Shown in pieces: positions 17,109 through 26,993 of a DNA stretch of 64,000 bases. The position numbers and the translations under genes are program-made. Position 1 is the first letter of the stretch. Every line of letters starts with the position of its first letter. The notes beneath the pieces are model-generated. The model was not told the origin of the DNA. It did not search any database and saw nothing but the letters and a program-made list of their open reading frames with translations. This DNA comes from Thermoleophilia bacterium. Lineage in GTDB: Bacteria > Actinomycetota > Thermoleophilia > Gaiellales > Gaiellaceae. Location: the NCBI GenBank assembly GCA_014534345.1, contig JACVRR010000001.1, positions 3,507-67,506 on the forward strand. The letters run 5' to 3'.

Positions 17109-19891
17109 CCCGACTCGAGCGCCGCCGCAGTCACCGGCTCGGCGCGGCCGGCGTCGAACGCCTCCCGGAACGCCTCCTCGCCGAGGAGCGCGCGCACCTC
17201 GGCGAGCGTCCGGTCGCGGAGGTCGCGGTCGGTCGGCTCGACCGCCTCGTCGGCGTTCGCGGCCGTGGCCGCCGCCGCTCCGAGGAGCATCGCCGCCCGC
17301 CGCGCGTCGCCGCGCGCATGCGCCGCCGCGGCGAGCGCGACCAGCGCCGACACGATCTGGACGCGGAAGCCGAGCCGGCGCGACACCTCGAGGCTCTCCT
17401 GCAGCAGCGGCTCGGCCTCCAGCGCTCTCCCCAGGCGCAGCTCGATCGACCCGAGGGTCAGCAGCGACAGCGCGACCGAGTCGTCGCGCCCGACGCGGCG
17501 CATGATCGCCAGCGACTCTTCGAGGAGCGATCGCGCACGCTCGTCGTCGGCCTGGCGGATCGCGACCGAGGCGAGGTTCGAGAGCGCGACGCCGACGTCC
17601 TCGTCCAGCCCCAGCCTCTCCGCGATCGCGCGGCTCTCCTCGAACCGCCGGCGCGCGCCGTCCGGATCGCCTGCGGCGTTGTGCGCGTTGCCGAGGATGG
17701 TGAGCGCGGTCAGCACGCCGCGCTCGTCGCCGAGCCCGCGTAGGAGCTCGAGCGCCTCGGTCGCCAGGGGAATCGCGGCCTGGGGATCGCCGTGCTCGAT
17801 CGAGAGGATGCCCGCGGCACGCAACGCGGCGGCGCGATCGGCGGACGCCCCGTCCCGGAGCGCGAGGGCCCCGAACAGCCAGCGCCGCCCCTCGGTGAAC
17901 TCCCCGCGCACGTACCAGAAGCGCCACAGCGCTCCGCACGTGCGCAGGTGGAGGTCGGGAGCACCGGCGCGCGACCACTCGAGCGCCGCGCGCACGTTGT
18001 CCCGCTCCCGCTCGAGCCAGGCGAGCGCCTCGGGCCCGTCCGCCGTGAGCACGCGCGGCGCGGCCTCCGCCGCCCGCTCGAGGAAGTGGACGGCGTGCCG
18101 GCGCGAGAGCTGGTCGGCCTCGCCGCTCTCGGCGAGGCGCTCCGCGGCGTACTCGCGCACGGTCTCGAGCATGCGGAAACGCGGCGCATCACCCGCGACC
18201 TGCGCGCGCAGCAGGCTGTCGTCGACCAGGGCCGCCAACCCGTCCAGGGTGGCGTCGCAGACCGCCTCCGCGGTCTCGGCGTCGAAGCCGCCGACGAAGA
18301 CGGCGAGCCGGGCGAACAGCCTCCGCTTCCCCGCGTCGAGCAGCTCCCAGCTCCAGTCGACCGCGGCGCGCAGCGTCCGCTGCCGCGCCGGGGCGTCGCG
18401 CGGCCCTGCCGCGAGGAACTCCAGCCGGCGCCCGACGCGCTGGCGGATGGCTGCCGGGGGGAGCAGCTTGACGCGCGCGGCCGCGAGCTCGAGCGCGAGC
18501 GGCAGCCCGTCGAGCGCGACGCAGATCGCGGCCACGTCGGACGCGTTGTCCGGCGTCAGCCGGAAATCGGGCGCGACGGCGGCCGCTCGCGCGACGAAGA
18601 GCTGGACCGCCTCGTTGGCCGCCACCGCGTCGTACCCGCGCGACGCGTCAGGCAGCGCGAGCGGCGGGACGGCGTACTCCTGCTCGGCGGAGATCCGAAG
18701 CGGCGTCCGGCTGGTCACGAGCGCCTTCGCGCCCGGCGCGGCCGCCAGCACGTCGGCGAGCACGGGCGCCGCTGCCGCGACCTGCTCGAAGTTGTCGACG
18801 AACAGCAGCACGTCGGTGCCCTCGAGCTGCCTGCGCACCGCCTCGGCGAACGAGTCCGCCGTCTCGGGCGCCCCCAGCGCGCGGGCGACGGTGGGCGCGA
18901 CGAGCGCGTCGTCGCGGATCGGCGACAGGTCGACGAGGACGGCGCCGCCGGCGAACGCGTCCGCCGCCTCGCGTGCAGCCTCGAGCGCGAGCCGGGTCTT
19001 GCCCGTCCCCCCCGGACCGGTCAGGGTCAGCAGGCGCACGTCGGACCGCCGCAGGAGCGCGAGCACCGCCGCCAGCTCCGGGCGGCGGCCGACGAGCGGC
19101 CGCGCCGGCTCGGGGAGCGCGGCTGCGCGCGCCGTCGGGGGAGCGGCGAGCTCGTCCGCCTGGGCGAGGATCGCGCGCTCGAGCCGCCGCAGCTCGGGCC
19201 CCGGCTCGACCCCGAGCTCCTCGACCAGCGTCCGCCGCGCGTCGGCGAACGCGCTCAGCGCATCGGCCTGCCGGCCCGACCGGTAGAGCGCGAGCATCAG
19301 CTGCGCGCGCAGGCGCTCGCGGAACGGGTGCTCCGCGATCAACCGCTGCAGCTCGGCGACGAGGTCGGCGTGCCGCCCGAGCGCCAGGTCGGCCTCGATG
19401 CGCTCCTCGACGGCGCGCAGACGCTCCTCCTCGAGCTCCCGTGCGGCCCGCTCGCAGCCCGGCGCCCCGTCGAGGTCGCCGAGCGCGCGGCCGCGCCACA
19501 ACGCCAGCGCTTCGCGAAGCTCGTTCGCCGCCGCAGCCGGCGGGGCGCCGCGGGCACGCTCGACGTGCGAGCGGAAGCGCGCGAGATCTACCTCCTCGGG
19601 CGCGGCCCGCAGCTCGTAGGTCGCCCCGCGCGTGCAGATCCGCTCGGCGCCGAGCAACCGGCGCAGCCCGTGAACGGCGACCTGGAGGGCGTTCTGCGCC
19701 GCCGCCGGCGGCTGCTCGCCCCACAGGCCGTCGACGAGGCGGTCACGCGCGACCGGGCGGTTCGCCTCCAGGAGCAGCTGCGCGAGGACGGCGCGCTGGC
19801 GCAGGCCGCCGAGCGGGAGCGCGGCGCCGCCGCGCCGGACCTCGAGCGGCCCGAGCAGGCGAAAGTCGACGCGGTCCCCCTGATCCGTCAC
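17105..19891 (-). CDS. SARP (AfsR/DnrI-type OmpR-like DNA-binding plus BTAD) / NB-ARC ATPase / TPR regulator
   Basis: C-terminal 929 codons of ORF 17105..20647, with a GTG start at 19891. The N-terminus is [11 protein letters not shown]... and the BTAD segment is [12 protein letters not shown]...AHPFRERL. The Walker A is [13 protein letters not shown], followed by TPR-like repeats. Confidence 0.8.
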   Translation of the reverse strand: MTDQGDRVDFRLLGPLEVRRGGAALPLGGLRQRAVLAQLLLEANRPVARDRLVDGLWGEQPPAAAQNALQVAVHGLRRLLGAERICTRGATYELRAAPEEVDLARFRSHVERARGAPPAAAANELREALALWRGRALGDLDGAPGCERAARELEEERLRAVEERIEADLALGRHADLVAELQRLIAEHPFRERLRAQLMLALYRSGRQADALSAFADARRTLVEELGVEPGPELRRLERAILAQADELAAPPTARAAALPEPARPLVGRRPELAAVLALLRRSDVRLLTLTGPGGTGKTRLALEAAREAADAFAGGAVLVDLSPIRDDALVAPTVARALGAPETADSFAEAVRRQLEGTDVLLFVDNFEQVAAAAPVLADVLAAAPGAKALVTSRTPLRISAEQEYAVPPLALPDASRGYDAVAANEAVQLFVARAAAVAPDFRLTPDNASDVAAICVALDGLPLALELAAARVKLLPPAAIRQRVGRRLEFLAAGPRDAPARQRTLRAAVDWSWELLDAGKRRLFARLAVFVGGFDAETAEAVCDATLDGLAALVDDSLLRAQVAGDAPRFRMLETVREYAAERLAESGEADQLSRRHAVHFLERAAEAAPRVLTADGPEALAWLERERDNVRAALEWSRAGAPDLHLRTCGALWRFWYVRGEFTEGRRWLFGALALRDGASADRAAALRAAGILSIEHGDPQAAIPLATEALELLRGLGDERGVLTALTILGNAHNAAGDPDGARRRFEESRAIAERLGLDEDVGVALSNLASVAIRQADDERARSLLEESLAIMRRVGRDDSVALSLLTLGSIELRLGRALEAEPLLQESLEVSRRLGFRVQIVSALVALAAAAHARGDARRAAMLLGAAAATAANADEAVEPTDRDLRDRTLAEVRALLGEEAFREAFDAGRAEPVTAAALESG

Positions 19892-19963
19892 GAGAAGCGG
19901 GCGGTAAGCGGATCGTAAGCGGGCGGCGCGATCGTCGGGACGTACCCGACGAAAGGAGCAGCA

Positions 19964-20536
19964 ATGGTTCGTACCGGCGACACGATCGAGAACCCGATCA
20001 CGGGCGAGCGGATCGTCTTCCGGCAGACCTCGGCGGACACGAACGGCGAGGCCGTCGTGATCGAGTGCTTCGTCCAGCCCGGCGGCCACGTCGCCGCGGC
20101 CCACGTCCATCCGTACCAGCACGAGCGCTTCGAGGTCGTGGCGGGGACGCTCGCCTTCGAGCTCGACGGGGCCGACCTCGAGGCGGGGGCCGGCGAGCGC
20201 GTCCTGGTCCCGGCCGGGACGAAGCACCGCTTCCGCAACGCCGGCCAGGGCGAGGCCCACTTCGTGTGCGAGATCCGGCCGGCGCTCGCGTTCGAGTCGC
20301 TGCTGGCGACCATGTTCGCGCTCGCCGCCGACGGCAAGACGAACCGCAAGGGGATGCCGAACCCGCTCCGGCTCGCGGTCATCGCGCGGCACCACTTCGA
20401 TACCGTGCGCCTCCCCTCGCCTCCCGCCTGGCTGCAGCGCGCCGGGCTCGCGCTCGGCTCGCCGGTGGGCCGGCTGCTGGGCTACGGGCCGACCTACGGC
20501 GGCGAGGGCGCCGGCCTGGTCGCGAGCGCGCGGTGA
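19964..20536 (+). CDS. cupin-domain protein
   Basis: ORF 19964..20536 is preceded by the RBS AAAGGAG. The cupin motifs are [19 protein letters not shown] and [13 protein letters not shown]. Confidence 0.75.
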   Translation: MVRTGDTIENPITGERIVFRQTSADTNGEAVVIECFVQPGGHVAAAHVHPYQHERFEVVAGTLAFELDGADLEAGAGERVLVPAGTKHRFRNAGQGEAHFVCEIRPALAFESLLATMFALAADGKTNRKGMPNPLRLAVIARHHFDTVRLPSPPAWLQRAGLALGSPVGRLLGYGPTYGGEGAGLVASAR

Positions 20537-20637
20537 GCGCGCTCGCCCGTCGCCGCCGGCTGGCGCTCGGCGTGCTCTTCCTCGCCCTCTGCGTCCTCGC
20601 CCTGATCGGGCTGGTCCTCGCCCCCCGCACGCGATAG
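20533..20637 (+). CDS. possible 34-aa single-pass membrane peptide
   Basis: The GTG overlaps the cupin stop (GTGA). The translation is [34 protein letters not shown]. It is too short for the ORF track. Confidence 0.3.
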   Translation: MSALARRRRLALGVLFLALCVLALIGLVLAPRTR

Positions 20638-20646
20638 GAGGTTCCA

Positions 20647-21357
20647 ATGCTCCGCATCACCGACGCGACCAACTTCCGGCGCACCGCGGCCGGGCTCTGC
20701 CTGCTCGCCGGGCCGCTGCTCATCCTGCTCGGCGACCTGATCTCGCCCGCCACCCCGGACGGGGCGCGCGAGTACCTCGCGTTCGTGGCCGAGCACCAGA
20801 CGGTCGGGATCGTCTCGACGTTCCTGTTCTTCTCCGGGCTCGTGCTGCTGGTGCCCGGCGTGCTCGGCTCGCTGACGCCGATCCGCGGCCGCGGCGTCGT
20901 GCTCGCGCACGTGGCCGCGATCCTCGCGACGGTCGGCCTTATGGCCTTCGCCGCCCTCGTGACGACCTCGCTCTACGACGTCGAGCTCGCGAAGAGCCCC
21001 GACCGGGCGGCGGCCGCCGCGGTCTACGAGGGCGTCGAGGACGGACCGGCGGCGTGGGCGCTGTTCCTACCCGGCTTTCTCGGGACCGCCCTCGGCCTCG
21101 TGCTGTTCGCCGCCGCCTACTGGCGCGCCCGGCTGGTGGCGCCGTGGGTGCCGCTGCTCGTGCTCGGGGGCTTCGTGACGATCATGGCCGCTCCGAACGA
21201 GGCCGTCAGCGTCGCGGGCAACGCGGTGCTGGTCGCCGGCCTTGCCGCCATCGGCCTGCGCGTCCTGCGCACGACCGACCTCGAGTGGGCCGCGCCCTCC
21301 GCGATCGCCGCCGAGACGACGTCCCGCGGCGCGACCTCCCGCGAGGCGGTCGCCTGA
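20647..21357 (+). CDS. integral membrane protein (DUF4386-like, about 6 TM)
   Basis: ORF 20647..21357 has a strong RBS (AGGAGG) 6 nt upstream and multiple hydrophobic helices. Confidence 0.6.
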   Translation: MLRITDATNFRRTAAGLCLLAGPLLILLGDLISPATPDGAREYLAFVAEHQTVGIVSTFLFFSGLVLLVPGVLGSLTPIRGRGVVLAHVAAILATVGLMAFAALVTTSLYDVELAKSPDRAAAAAVYEGVEDGPAAWALFLPGFLGTALGLVLFAAAYWRARLVAPWVPLLVLGGFVTIMAAPNEAVSVAGNAVLVAGLAAIGLRVLRTTDLEWAAPSAIAAETTSRGATSREAVA

Positions 21358-21401
21358 CACGCGCGCGCCGCCCTCCTCGCTCGCGCGGGGAGGGCGGCGC
21401 C

Positions 21402-22046
21402 CTAGGCGCCACGCCCGCCGGCGGCCTCCGCGAGCAGCACACCGACGTACCACTCGTCGAGGGGGTCGAAGGAGTGGTACGCCTGACCGACCACGGCGAG
21501 GTCGTCCAGCCGGTGCGGGCAGACGACGGCGTCCACTTCGGTCTCCACCCGCACAAGGCCGTCGACCCGCGCGACCGGAGTCGCGGCCACGACCCTCGCG
21601 ACGGGCTGGGCCCGCGCCCAGCGGCAGGCTGCGGCAAGCGTGACCCCCGTGACCAGACCGTCGTCGACCACGAGCGCCGTGCGCCCGCCGATCGCGGTCG
21701 GGACGAGCCCCAGCCGCGCCTCGAGCTCTGCGGCCGCGTGCCGGGCGCGCGCGAGCGCCGCCTCGGCGACCTCGCCGGAGACGTCCTCGACAGACCCGAC
21801 GTACGGCGGCCCGGCGGCCGTCGTCGCACCGAGCCGGTATCCGCCCGCGCTCACGCGCTCGACGTCGACCGCGGTCAGCGGCGCTCGGAGCGCGCGGGCC
21901 ACCTCCGCCCCGACCGCCACCCCGCCCCGCGCGACCGCGACGACGACGGGCTCGTCGAGCTCGACGCCGAGGAGCGACTCCGCGAGCACGCGCCCGGCAG
22001 CCGCGCGGTCGGCGAACAGCGGCTCCATCCACGGGACGATCCGCAC
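21402..22046 (-). CDS. phosphoribosyltransferase-domain protein
   Basis: The PRPP-binding loop is TALVVDDGLVTGVT. The start may be the internal MEPLF. Confidence 0.7.
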   Translation of the reverse strand: MRIVPWMEPLFADRAAAGRVLAESLLGVELDEPVVVAVARGGVAVGAEVARALRAPLTAVDVERVSAGGYRLGATTAAGPPYVGSVEDVSGEVAEAALARARHAAAELEARLGLVPTAIGGRTALVVDDGLVTGVTLAAACRWARAQPVARVVAATPVARVDGLVRVETEVDAVVCPHRLDDLAVVGQAYHSFDPLDEWYVGVLLAEAAGGRGA

Positions 22047-22074
22047 GCCGGCGATTGTCCCCGTCGCCCCCGGA

Positions 22075-22506
22075 TCAGCCGCGCAGCGGGTTCACCCAGC
22101 GGACGCGCGGGAAGCGCGAGAAGTCGGCGTCCGCCGAGCACAGCTCGGCGCCGTGCTCGATCGCCAGTGCGGCCAGGTGCGCGTCGTTCGTGAGGTTGCC
22201 CGCTGTCCCGACCGGCTCCAGCAGCTCGCGGAGGAGAGCCGCGTGACGGGTGGTCGGCTGCACTACCGTCGAGGGCGGCTGCTCGAGGAACGACTGCACC
22301 CGACGTATCGCCTCGGCCGGGGTGAACGGCGAGCCGAAGATGCGCGGATTCGTGGTGACCCGGATGAACGCGAGCAGGACGGTCCAGGCGAAGCCGATCG
22401 CCTCCGCACCCGCCAGCGAGCGTGCCAACCACGTGCGCGCGCCCACGTGATGCGCGGCCGCCTCGTCGACCGCGTACACGAGGAGGTTCGTGTCGACGAT
22501 CTTCAC
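22075..22506 (-). CDS. vapC: type II toxin VapC (PIN-domain RNase)
   Basis: It has the N-terminal IVDTNLLVY and the segments NDAHLAALA and CSADADF. It overlaps the vapB stop. Confidence 0.85.
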   Translation of the reverse strand: MKIVDTNLLVYAVDEAAAHHVGARTWLARSLAGAEAIGFAWTVLLAFIRVTTNPRIFGSPFTPAEAIRRVQSFLEQPPSTVVQPTTRHAALLRELLEPVGTAGNLTNDAHLAALAIEHGAELCSADADFSRFPRVRWVNPLRG

Positions 22507-22766
22507 TTGCGCCGCTCGAGCTTCCGGACGATCTCCTCGTCCTCCAGCTCGCCGGCGAGGCGGAGTGCCTTGTCGAGATCGATCCCCGGTCGCAGCTCGA
22601 GTCGCGCCGTCTCGACGCGGTATGGTCGACGGCCGGAAGCGCGGCCGCGGGCGAGGCCGGCGCGCACCGTGTCGTTCAGGACCTGGCGGAACGAGTCGCC
22701 GCGCTCCCGGGCCAGCTCACGGAGGCTCGCGGCGAGATCGTCGTCGAGCGTGACCGTCGTGCGCAT
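22503..22766 (-). CDS. vapB: type II antitoxin VapB-like
   Basis: This 87-aa ORF begins MRTTVTLDDDLAASLRELA and is translationally coupled to vapC by a 4-nt overlap. Confidence 0.75.
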   Translation of the reverse strand: MRTTVTLDDDLAASLRELARERGDSFRQVLNDTVRAGLARGRASGRRPYRVETARLELRPGIDLDKALRLAGELEDEEIVRKLERRK

Positions 22767-22795
22767 AGCATCATTACAGCAGACAGGTTGATGCG

Positions 22796-23635
22796 TTGAT
22801 GCGTCCGCTCTTGGTCGTCGACGGCGACTCGCTCGCCCACCGCGCCTACCACGCGCTGCCGAAGACGATCCGCGGCGGCGGCGGGCGCGCGGCGAACGCG
22901 ATCGTCGGCTTCACCAACATGCTCGTCTCGCTGTGGGAGGCGGAGTCGCCACGGAGCATCGTCGTCGGCTGGGACACGCTCGAGGCGCCCACGTACCGGC
23001 ACGAGGCGTTCCCGGCCTACCAGGCGGGGCGCGAGTTCGACGACGCCCTGCTCGAGCAGCTCGAGTGCCTGCCGACGCTCGTCCGCGCGCTGGGCTTCGT
23101 CGCCGCCAAGGAGCCGGGCTACGAGGCCGACGACTTCCTCGCAGCGGCGGTGCGCAGCGAGCTCGCACGGGGCGGGAGCGCGCTGGTCGCCACCTCCGAC
23201 CGGGACGCGTTCCAACTCGTGTCGGACCGCTGCACCGTGCTCCGCCTGGTGCGCGGGGTGAGCGAGATCGAGCGCGTCGACCCCCCGCGCGTGCACGAGC
23301 TCTACGGAGTGGAGCCGGCCCAGGTGCCCGACTTCGTCGCCCTGCGCGGCGACCCGTCCGATCGCCTGCCCGGCGCTCCCGGCGTGGGCCCGAAGAAGGC
23401 GGCCGAGATCCTGCGGCGGTTCGGCTCGCTCGAGGACGCGCTCGCGGCCGGCCGGTTCTCCGCCGTGGCGGACGAGCTGCGCCTTTACCGCCGGATCGCC
23501 GCCATGGACGCCGACGCGCCCCTTCCGGAGGTTCCCGACGCCGTCCCGACCTGGCGTGACGCCGCCGAGCTCCTCCGCTCGTGGGGCGTCGCGCAGCTCG
23601 CCGGACGGCTCGAGCAGCGGGCCGCCGCGGGCTAG
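22796..23635 (+). CDS. standalone 5'-3' exonuclease / flap endonuclease (Pol I N-terminal domain-like)
   Basis: Motifs are LVVDGDSLAHRAYHAL, YEADD and the H3TH segment GAPGVGPKKAAEIL. The likely true start is the ATG at 22799. Confidence 0.85.
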   Translation: MMRPLLVVDGDSLAHRAYHALPKTIRGGGGRAANAIVGFTNMLVSLWEAESPRSIVVGWDTLEAPTYRHEAFPAYQAGREFDDALLEQLECLPTLVRALGFVAAKEPGYEADDFLAAAVRSELARGGSALVATSDRDAFQLVSDRCTVLRLVRGVSEIERVDPPRVHELYGVEPAQVPDFVALRGDPSDRLPGAPGVGPKKAAEILRRFGSLEDALAAGRFSAVADELRLYRRIAAMDADAPLPEVPDAVPTWRDAAELLRSWGVAQLAGRLEQRAAAG

Positions 23636-23673
23636 CGCCCGCCCGGCCGCCCCGCCGCTGCGATCCTGACCGC

Positions 23674-24555
23674 GTGCCGCGTCTGCCCGCCGAGCTGATC
23701 CCCCGCATCCCCGCGCCGGTGCGCGCAGTCGCGCGGAACGCCGTCTGGACGTACGGACGGGCGACGGCCGCGCTGCGCCCGCTGCCCGACTTCCTGATCG
23801 TCGGCGCCCAGCGCGCGGGCACGACCGCCCTGTACGCGTACCTGCGCCGGCACCCGGCAATCGCGGGCCCGCCGTGGAAGGAGGTCAGCTTCTTCGACCG
23901 CCACTACGCCCGCGGCGAGCGTTGGTACCGCGGCCACTTCCCCAGCACGCTGCGTCTCGGCTGGGCCGGTCGCCGCGAGGGCGATCGCCCGCGCGTCGGC
24001 GAGGCGAGCCCGAGCTACCTGTTCCACCCGCTCGCGCCCGAGCGCGCGGCGGCCGTCGTCCCCGGCGCGCGACTCGTCGCGCTGCTCCGCGACCCCGTCG
24101 AGCGAGCGTTCTCGCACTACCGCTTCGAGGTCGCGCTCGGGCGGGAGCCGCTGGCGTTCGAGCAGGCGCTCGACGCGGAGGAGGAGCGCACGCGGGCCGA
24201 CGTCGAGCGGATGCGAACCGACCCGGCGTACGTCGGCTACGCCTGGTGGAACTTCAGCTACCTCGGCCGTGGCCGGTACGCGGAGCAGCTCGAGCGCTGG
24301 CTCGCGCGCTTCCCCCGCGAGCAGCTGCTCGTGCTCACGAGCGAGGACCTGTTCGCCGACCCGGGCCGGACGTCGGCGGCCGTCCTCGGCTTCCTCGGCG
24401 TCCGCGATCGCAGGCTTCCGCGCTACCCCCGCCTGAACGCCGCGCCGAGCGCCGACCTCGTCCCGGCGGCGCGGGAGCGCCTGCGGGCGTACTTCGCCGG
24501 GCCGAACCGCGAGCTGTACGAGCTGCTCGGCCGCGACCTCGGCTGGGATACCTGA
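23674..24555 (+). CDS. PAPS-dependent sulfotransferase-family protein
   Basis: Internal GTG of ORF 23581..24555. The 5'-PSB motif is IVGAQRAGTT and the 3'-PB-like motif is LLRDPVERAFSHY. Confidence 0.75.
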   Translation: MPRLPAELIPRIPAPVRAVARNAVWTYGRATAALRPLPDFLIVGAQRAGTTALYAYLRRHPAIAGPPWKEVSFFDRHYARGERWYRGHFPSTLRLGWAGRREGDRPRVGEASPSYLFHPLAPERAAAVVPGARLVALLRDPVERAFSHYRFEVALGREPLAFEQALDAEEERTRADVERMRTDPAYVGYAWWNFSYLGRGRYAEQLERWLARFPREQLLVLTSEDLFADPGRTSAAVLGFLGVRDRRLPRYPRLNAAPSADLVPAARERLRAYFAGPNRELYELLGRDLGWDT

Positions 24556-24632
24556 GGGCGGTCGACACTCGAGAGGTTGCTGCCCGCGTCGTGACGGGCA
24601 CGACCCAGGCAAGTGAGCGCAAGGAGGCGAAC

Positions 24633-24758
24633 GTGCTGCTCTGGATCCTGCTCCTGATCATCGTCGTCGCCGCCTTCACCGGGGGCGTCGCGCTCAACGG
24701 CTGGCTCTTCCTGTTGCTGCTACTCGCAGCCTTGCTCCTGCTCGTCAACTACCTCTGA
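24633..24758 (+). CDS. small hydrophobic membrane protein (41 aa)
   Basis: The GTG follows AAGGAGG by 5 nt. The translation is VLLWILLLIIVVAAFTGGVALNGWLFLLLLLAALLLLVNYL. Confidence 0.45.
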   Translation: MLLWILLLIIVVAAFTGGVALNGWLFLLLLLAALLLLVNYL

Positions 24759-24769
24759 AGGGAGACGCG

Positions 24770-24940
24770 GTGCGGATCGGATTCCTCGGGATCGTCTACC
24801 TCGTGATCGGGCTCGTCGTCGCCGCCAACCGCGGCTACCTCGAGGACCTCGACCGCGTCCGCGCAGTTCTCTCGGCGCTGCTCGCGATCGTGCTCTGGCC
24901 GCTCCTCCTGCTCGGGTTCGACCTGCACGTGCGCGGCTGA
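24770..24940 (+). CDS. small membrane protein (56 aa)
   Basis: The GTG follows GGGAGA. The translation is VRIGFLGIVYLVIGLVVAANRGYLEDLDRVRAVLSALLAIVLWPLLLLGFDLHVRG. Third-position GC is high. It is below the ORF-track cutoff. Confidence 0.45.
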   Translation: MRIGFLGIVYLVIGLVVAANRGYLEDLDRVRAVLSALLAIVLWPLLLLGFDLHVRG

Positions 24941-25059
24941 CGACACATCTCCACGGCACGCCGCTAGACCGCGGCCCGATTACCGCGCACAATGTGGGGC
25001 GGCGTACGATTGCAAGGGAAGGCTCGCTTGCGGCGCGAGCACCTTGGGGGAGGACTGCG

Positions 25060-25689
25060 GTGACGAGGAAGATCAAGGTTGTGCTCGCCGAAGACCACGC
25101 GCTGATGCGCGACGGCGTCCGGCTCGTGCTCGACGAGGCCGACGGGGTCGAGGTCGTCGGCGAGGCGCGGACCGGGCCGGACGTGCTTCCGGTGGTGACG
25201 CGGACCAACCCGGACGTCGTCCTCCTCGATCTGCGCATGCCGGGGATGGATGGCCTGGCCGTCCTCGACCAGCTGCGCGAGCGGCTCCCGGACATCAACG
25301 TCGTGATCTTCTCGGCGCTCGACTCGCGCGAGCAGATCGAGGCGGCGCTGAAGCGCGGCGCCGACGGCTACATCGTCAAGACGATCAACCCCGCCGACCT
25401 GCCCTCCGCCATCCGACAGGCGGTCGAGCGCTCGGTGTACCACCCGTTCACGATCCTGGCGAACGGCGACAGCGCGGCGAAGCAGGCCGGGCTGTCCGAG
25501 AAGGAGGTCGCCGTCCTGCGGGAGCTCGCGCACGGCCGGTCGAACAAGGAGATCGCCCGCGCGCTGTACGTCAGCGAGCAGACGGTGAAGTTCCACCTGC
25601 GCAACGTCTACCGCAAGCTCGGGATCGCCACGCGGACCGAGGCGCTGCGCTACGCGTACGAGAACGGGCTGATCGAGGCGCCGGTCTAG
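25060..25689 (+). CDS. NarL/FixJ-type response regulator (REC plus LuxR HTH), orphan
   Basis: Internal GTG of ORF 24994..25689, after GGGGGAGGA. The REC segment is VVLLDLRMPGMDG and the LuxR HTH is EIARALYVSEQTVKFHLRNVYRKLG. No adjacent kinase is present. Confidence 0.85.
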   Translation: MTRKIKVVLAEDHALMRDGVRLVLDEADGVEVVGEARTGPDVLPVVTRTNPDVVLLDLRMPGMDGLAVLDQLRERLPDINVVIFSALDSREQIEAALKRGADGYIVKTINPADLPSAIRQAVERSVYHPFTILANGDSAAKQAGLSEKEVAVLRELAHGRSNKEIARALYVSEQTVKFHLRNVYRKLGIATRTEALRYAYENGLIEAPV

Positions 25690-25691
25690 CG

Positions 25692-25907
25692 TCAGGCGCC
25701 GACGACCGCGACCAGCCCTGGCCGCTGCGCCTGCCAGGCCTTCACGAAGAACGAGAGCTCGATCTCGGCCTGGCGGTGGTCGCCGTCCGCCCAGCGAACG
25801 TCCACCTCGACGGCGTCGTCGTCGGTCCGCTCGGCGACGCAGTCGGCGGCCGCGAGGGCGGCGAGGAGCTCGTCGGCGGCGGTCGGGTCGTTGATTCGGA
25901 TCCTCAT
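25692..25907 (-). CDS. small acidic hypothetical protein (71 aa)
   Basis: Internal ATG (MRIRINDP) of ORF 25692..25985. I recognise no family. Confidence 0.4.
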   Translation of the reverse strand: MRIRINDPTAADELLAALAAADCVAERTDDDAVEVDVRWADGDHRQAEIELSFFVKAWQAQRPGLVAVVGA

Positions 25908-26004
25908 CGTCTCGGCCTCGGGGCGATTATCGGCCAGGCGGGGGACGCGGCCCAAACCTCGAATGGGTAGAGCGACGCTGCTCAAAGGGTGGTTCGCCCT
26001 GTCC

Positions 26005-26301
26005 TCAGCGCACCGCGCCGCCGAGCATCTGCTGGCAGACGCGGATCAACCACACCGCACTCAGGAACGAGTAGACGAGGACGGGAACTACGACCGTGAA
26101 GAGCGCGACGAACGTCGCATGGTCGCTCGTCGCCGTCCGCAGGAGCAGCGTCGCGACCTGGCAGACGGCCATGGCGAGGCATACGTGGAGGATGCACCCG
26201 CGGAACGTCCCGGGAGCGATGCGCGGGAAACGAGCATTGACCCAGAGCGCGAGCGCCGCCGTGCCAACTGCGAAGGACACGATCAGGACCGCGACGCTCA
26301 T
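26005..26301 (-). CDS. hypothetical membrane protein (3 TM)
   Basis: ORF 26005..26301 has hydrophobic helices and no recognisable family. Confidence 0.45.
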   Translation of the reverse strand: MSVAVLIVSFAVGTAALALWVNARFPRIAPGTFRGCILHVCLAMAVCQVATLLLRTATSDHATFVALFTVVVPVLVYSFLSAVWLIRVCQQMLGGAVR

Positions 26302-26365
26302 CGCTCCCGGGCATCGGCGCGGCCGCCCGCCGACTTGAGCGCTCGTCCCCGTTCGAGGGAGCCGG

Positions 26366-26908
26366 TCAGATCGCCTCGACGAAGAGCGCCGTGATCGCTC
26401 CGAAGGCGAGGAACGGCCCGAACGGGATGTACGCCTTACGGGCGCGGAGGCCGCGGGCCGCGATCAGCCCCACGCCGACGACGAACGACGCCAGCAGGCC
26501 GATGACGAGCGCCGGGACGACCGCCGTTCCGAGGGCGGCGCCGAGCAGCAGCGCCAGCTTGACGTCTCCCATCCCCATCCCGGCCGGGTAGACGAGGATC
26601 GGGACGAAGAGGAACAGCGCCGCGCCGAGCGCCGCAAGCGTCCACTCGAGCGCCCGGCCAGGCTCCAGCGCGATCTGCGCCGCCAGGACGGCGGCCGCGC
26701 TCGGGAGCACGATCCGGTTCGGCAGCCGCCGCTCGCGCAGGTCGATCAGCGACAGGACGACCAGCACCACACAGAGGTACGAGGCGACCAGCCCCCGGCC
26801 GGTGACGCCGAAGGCGACGACGCAGGCCGCGACGAGAGCGACTGCGAGACCGCCGGCGGCGACCGCAGCGCCTCGGCCGCGGGCCGCACGCTCGAGGGCC
26901 GTCTCCAC
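26366..26908 (-). CDS. tadV: A24-family prepilin peptidase (TadV/CpaA-like)
   Basis: C-terminal 181 codons of ORF 26366..27232, with a GTG at 26908. The two catalytic Asp motifs are SLIDLRERRLPN and GMGMGDVKL. Confidence 0.8.
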   Translation of the reverse strand: METALERAARGRGAAVAAGGLAVALVAACVVAFGVTGRGLVASYLCVVLVVLSLIDLRERRLPNRIVLPSAAAVLAAQIALEPGRALEWTLAALGAALFLFVPILVYPAGMGMGDVKLALLLGAALGTAVVPALVIGLLASFVVGVGLIAARGLRARKAYIPFGPFLAFGAITALFVEAI

Positions 26909-26993
26909 CCGGGCCAGCGTATAGCGGCAGGCGGCCGACGCCGACAGCCGGTGGTCCGAGGCGCCGGGGCGCCATCGGCGAGAGAGCGGGGCG

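Noticed and set aside
17265-20637. Long + strand ORFs (17265..19286, 17792..19918, 18973..20637) and the upstream 250 codons of ORF 17105..20647
   Set aside because: These are antisense or alternative frames of the SARP gene with low-complexity Arg/Ala/Ser-rich translations. The extension beyond 19891 overlaps the well-supported cupin gene on the opposite strand.
21402-22766. PRTase gene next to vapBC as a possible retron or defence module
   Set aside because: No reverse transcriptase and no msr/msd-like structured region are present. The PRTase looks like an ordinary stand-alone type I PRTase, and the neighbours are housekeeping-like. I kept only the vapBC TA call.
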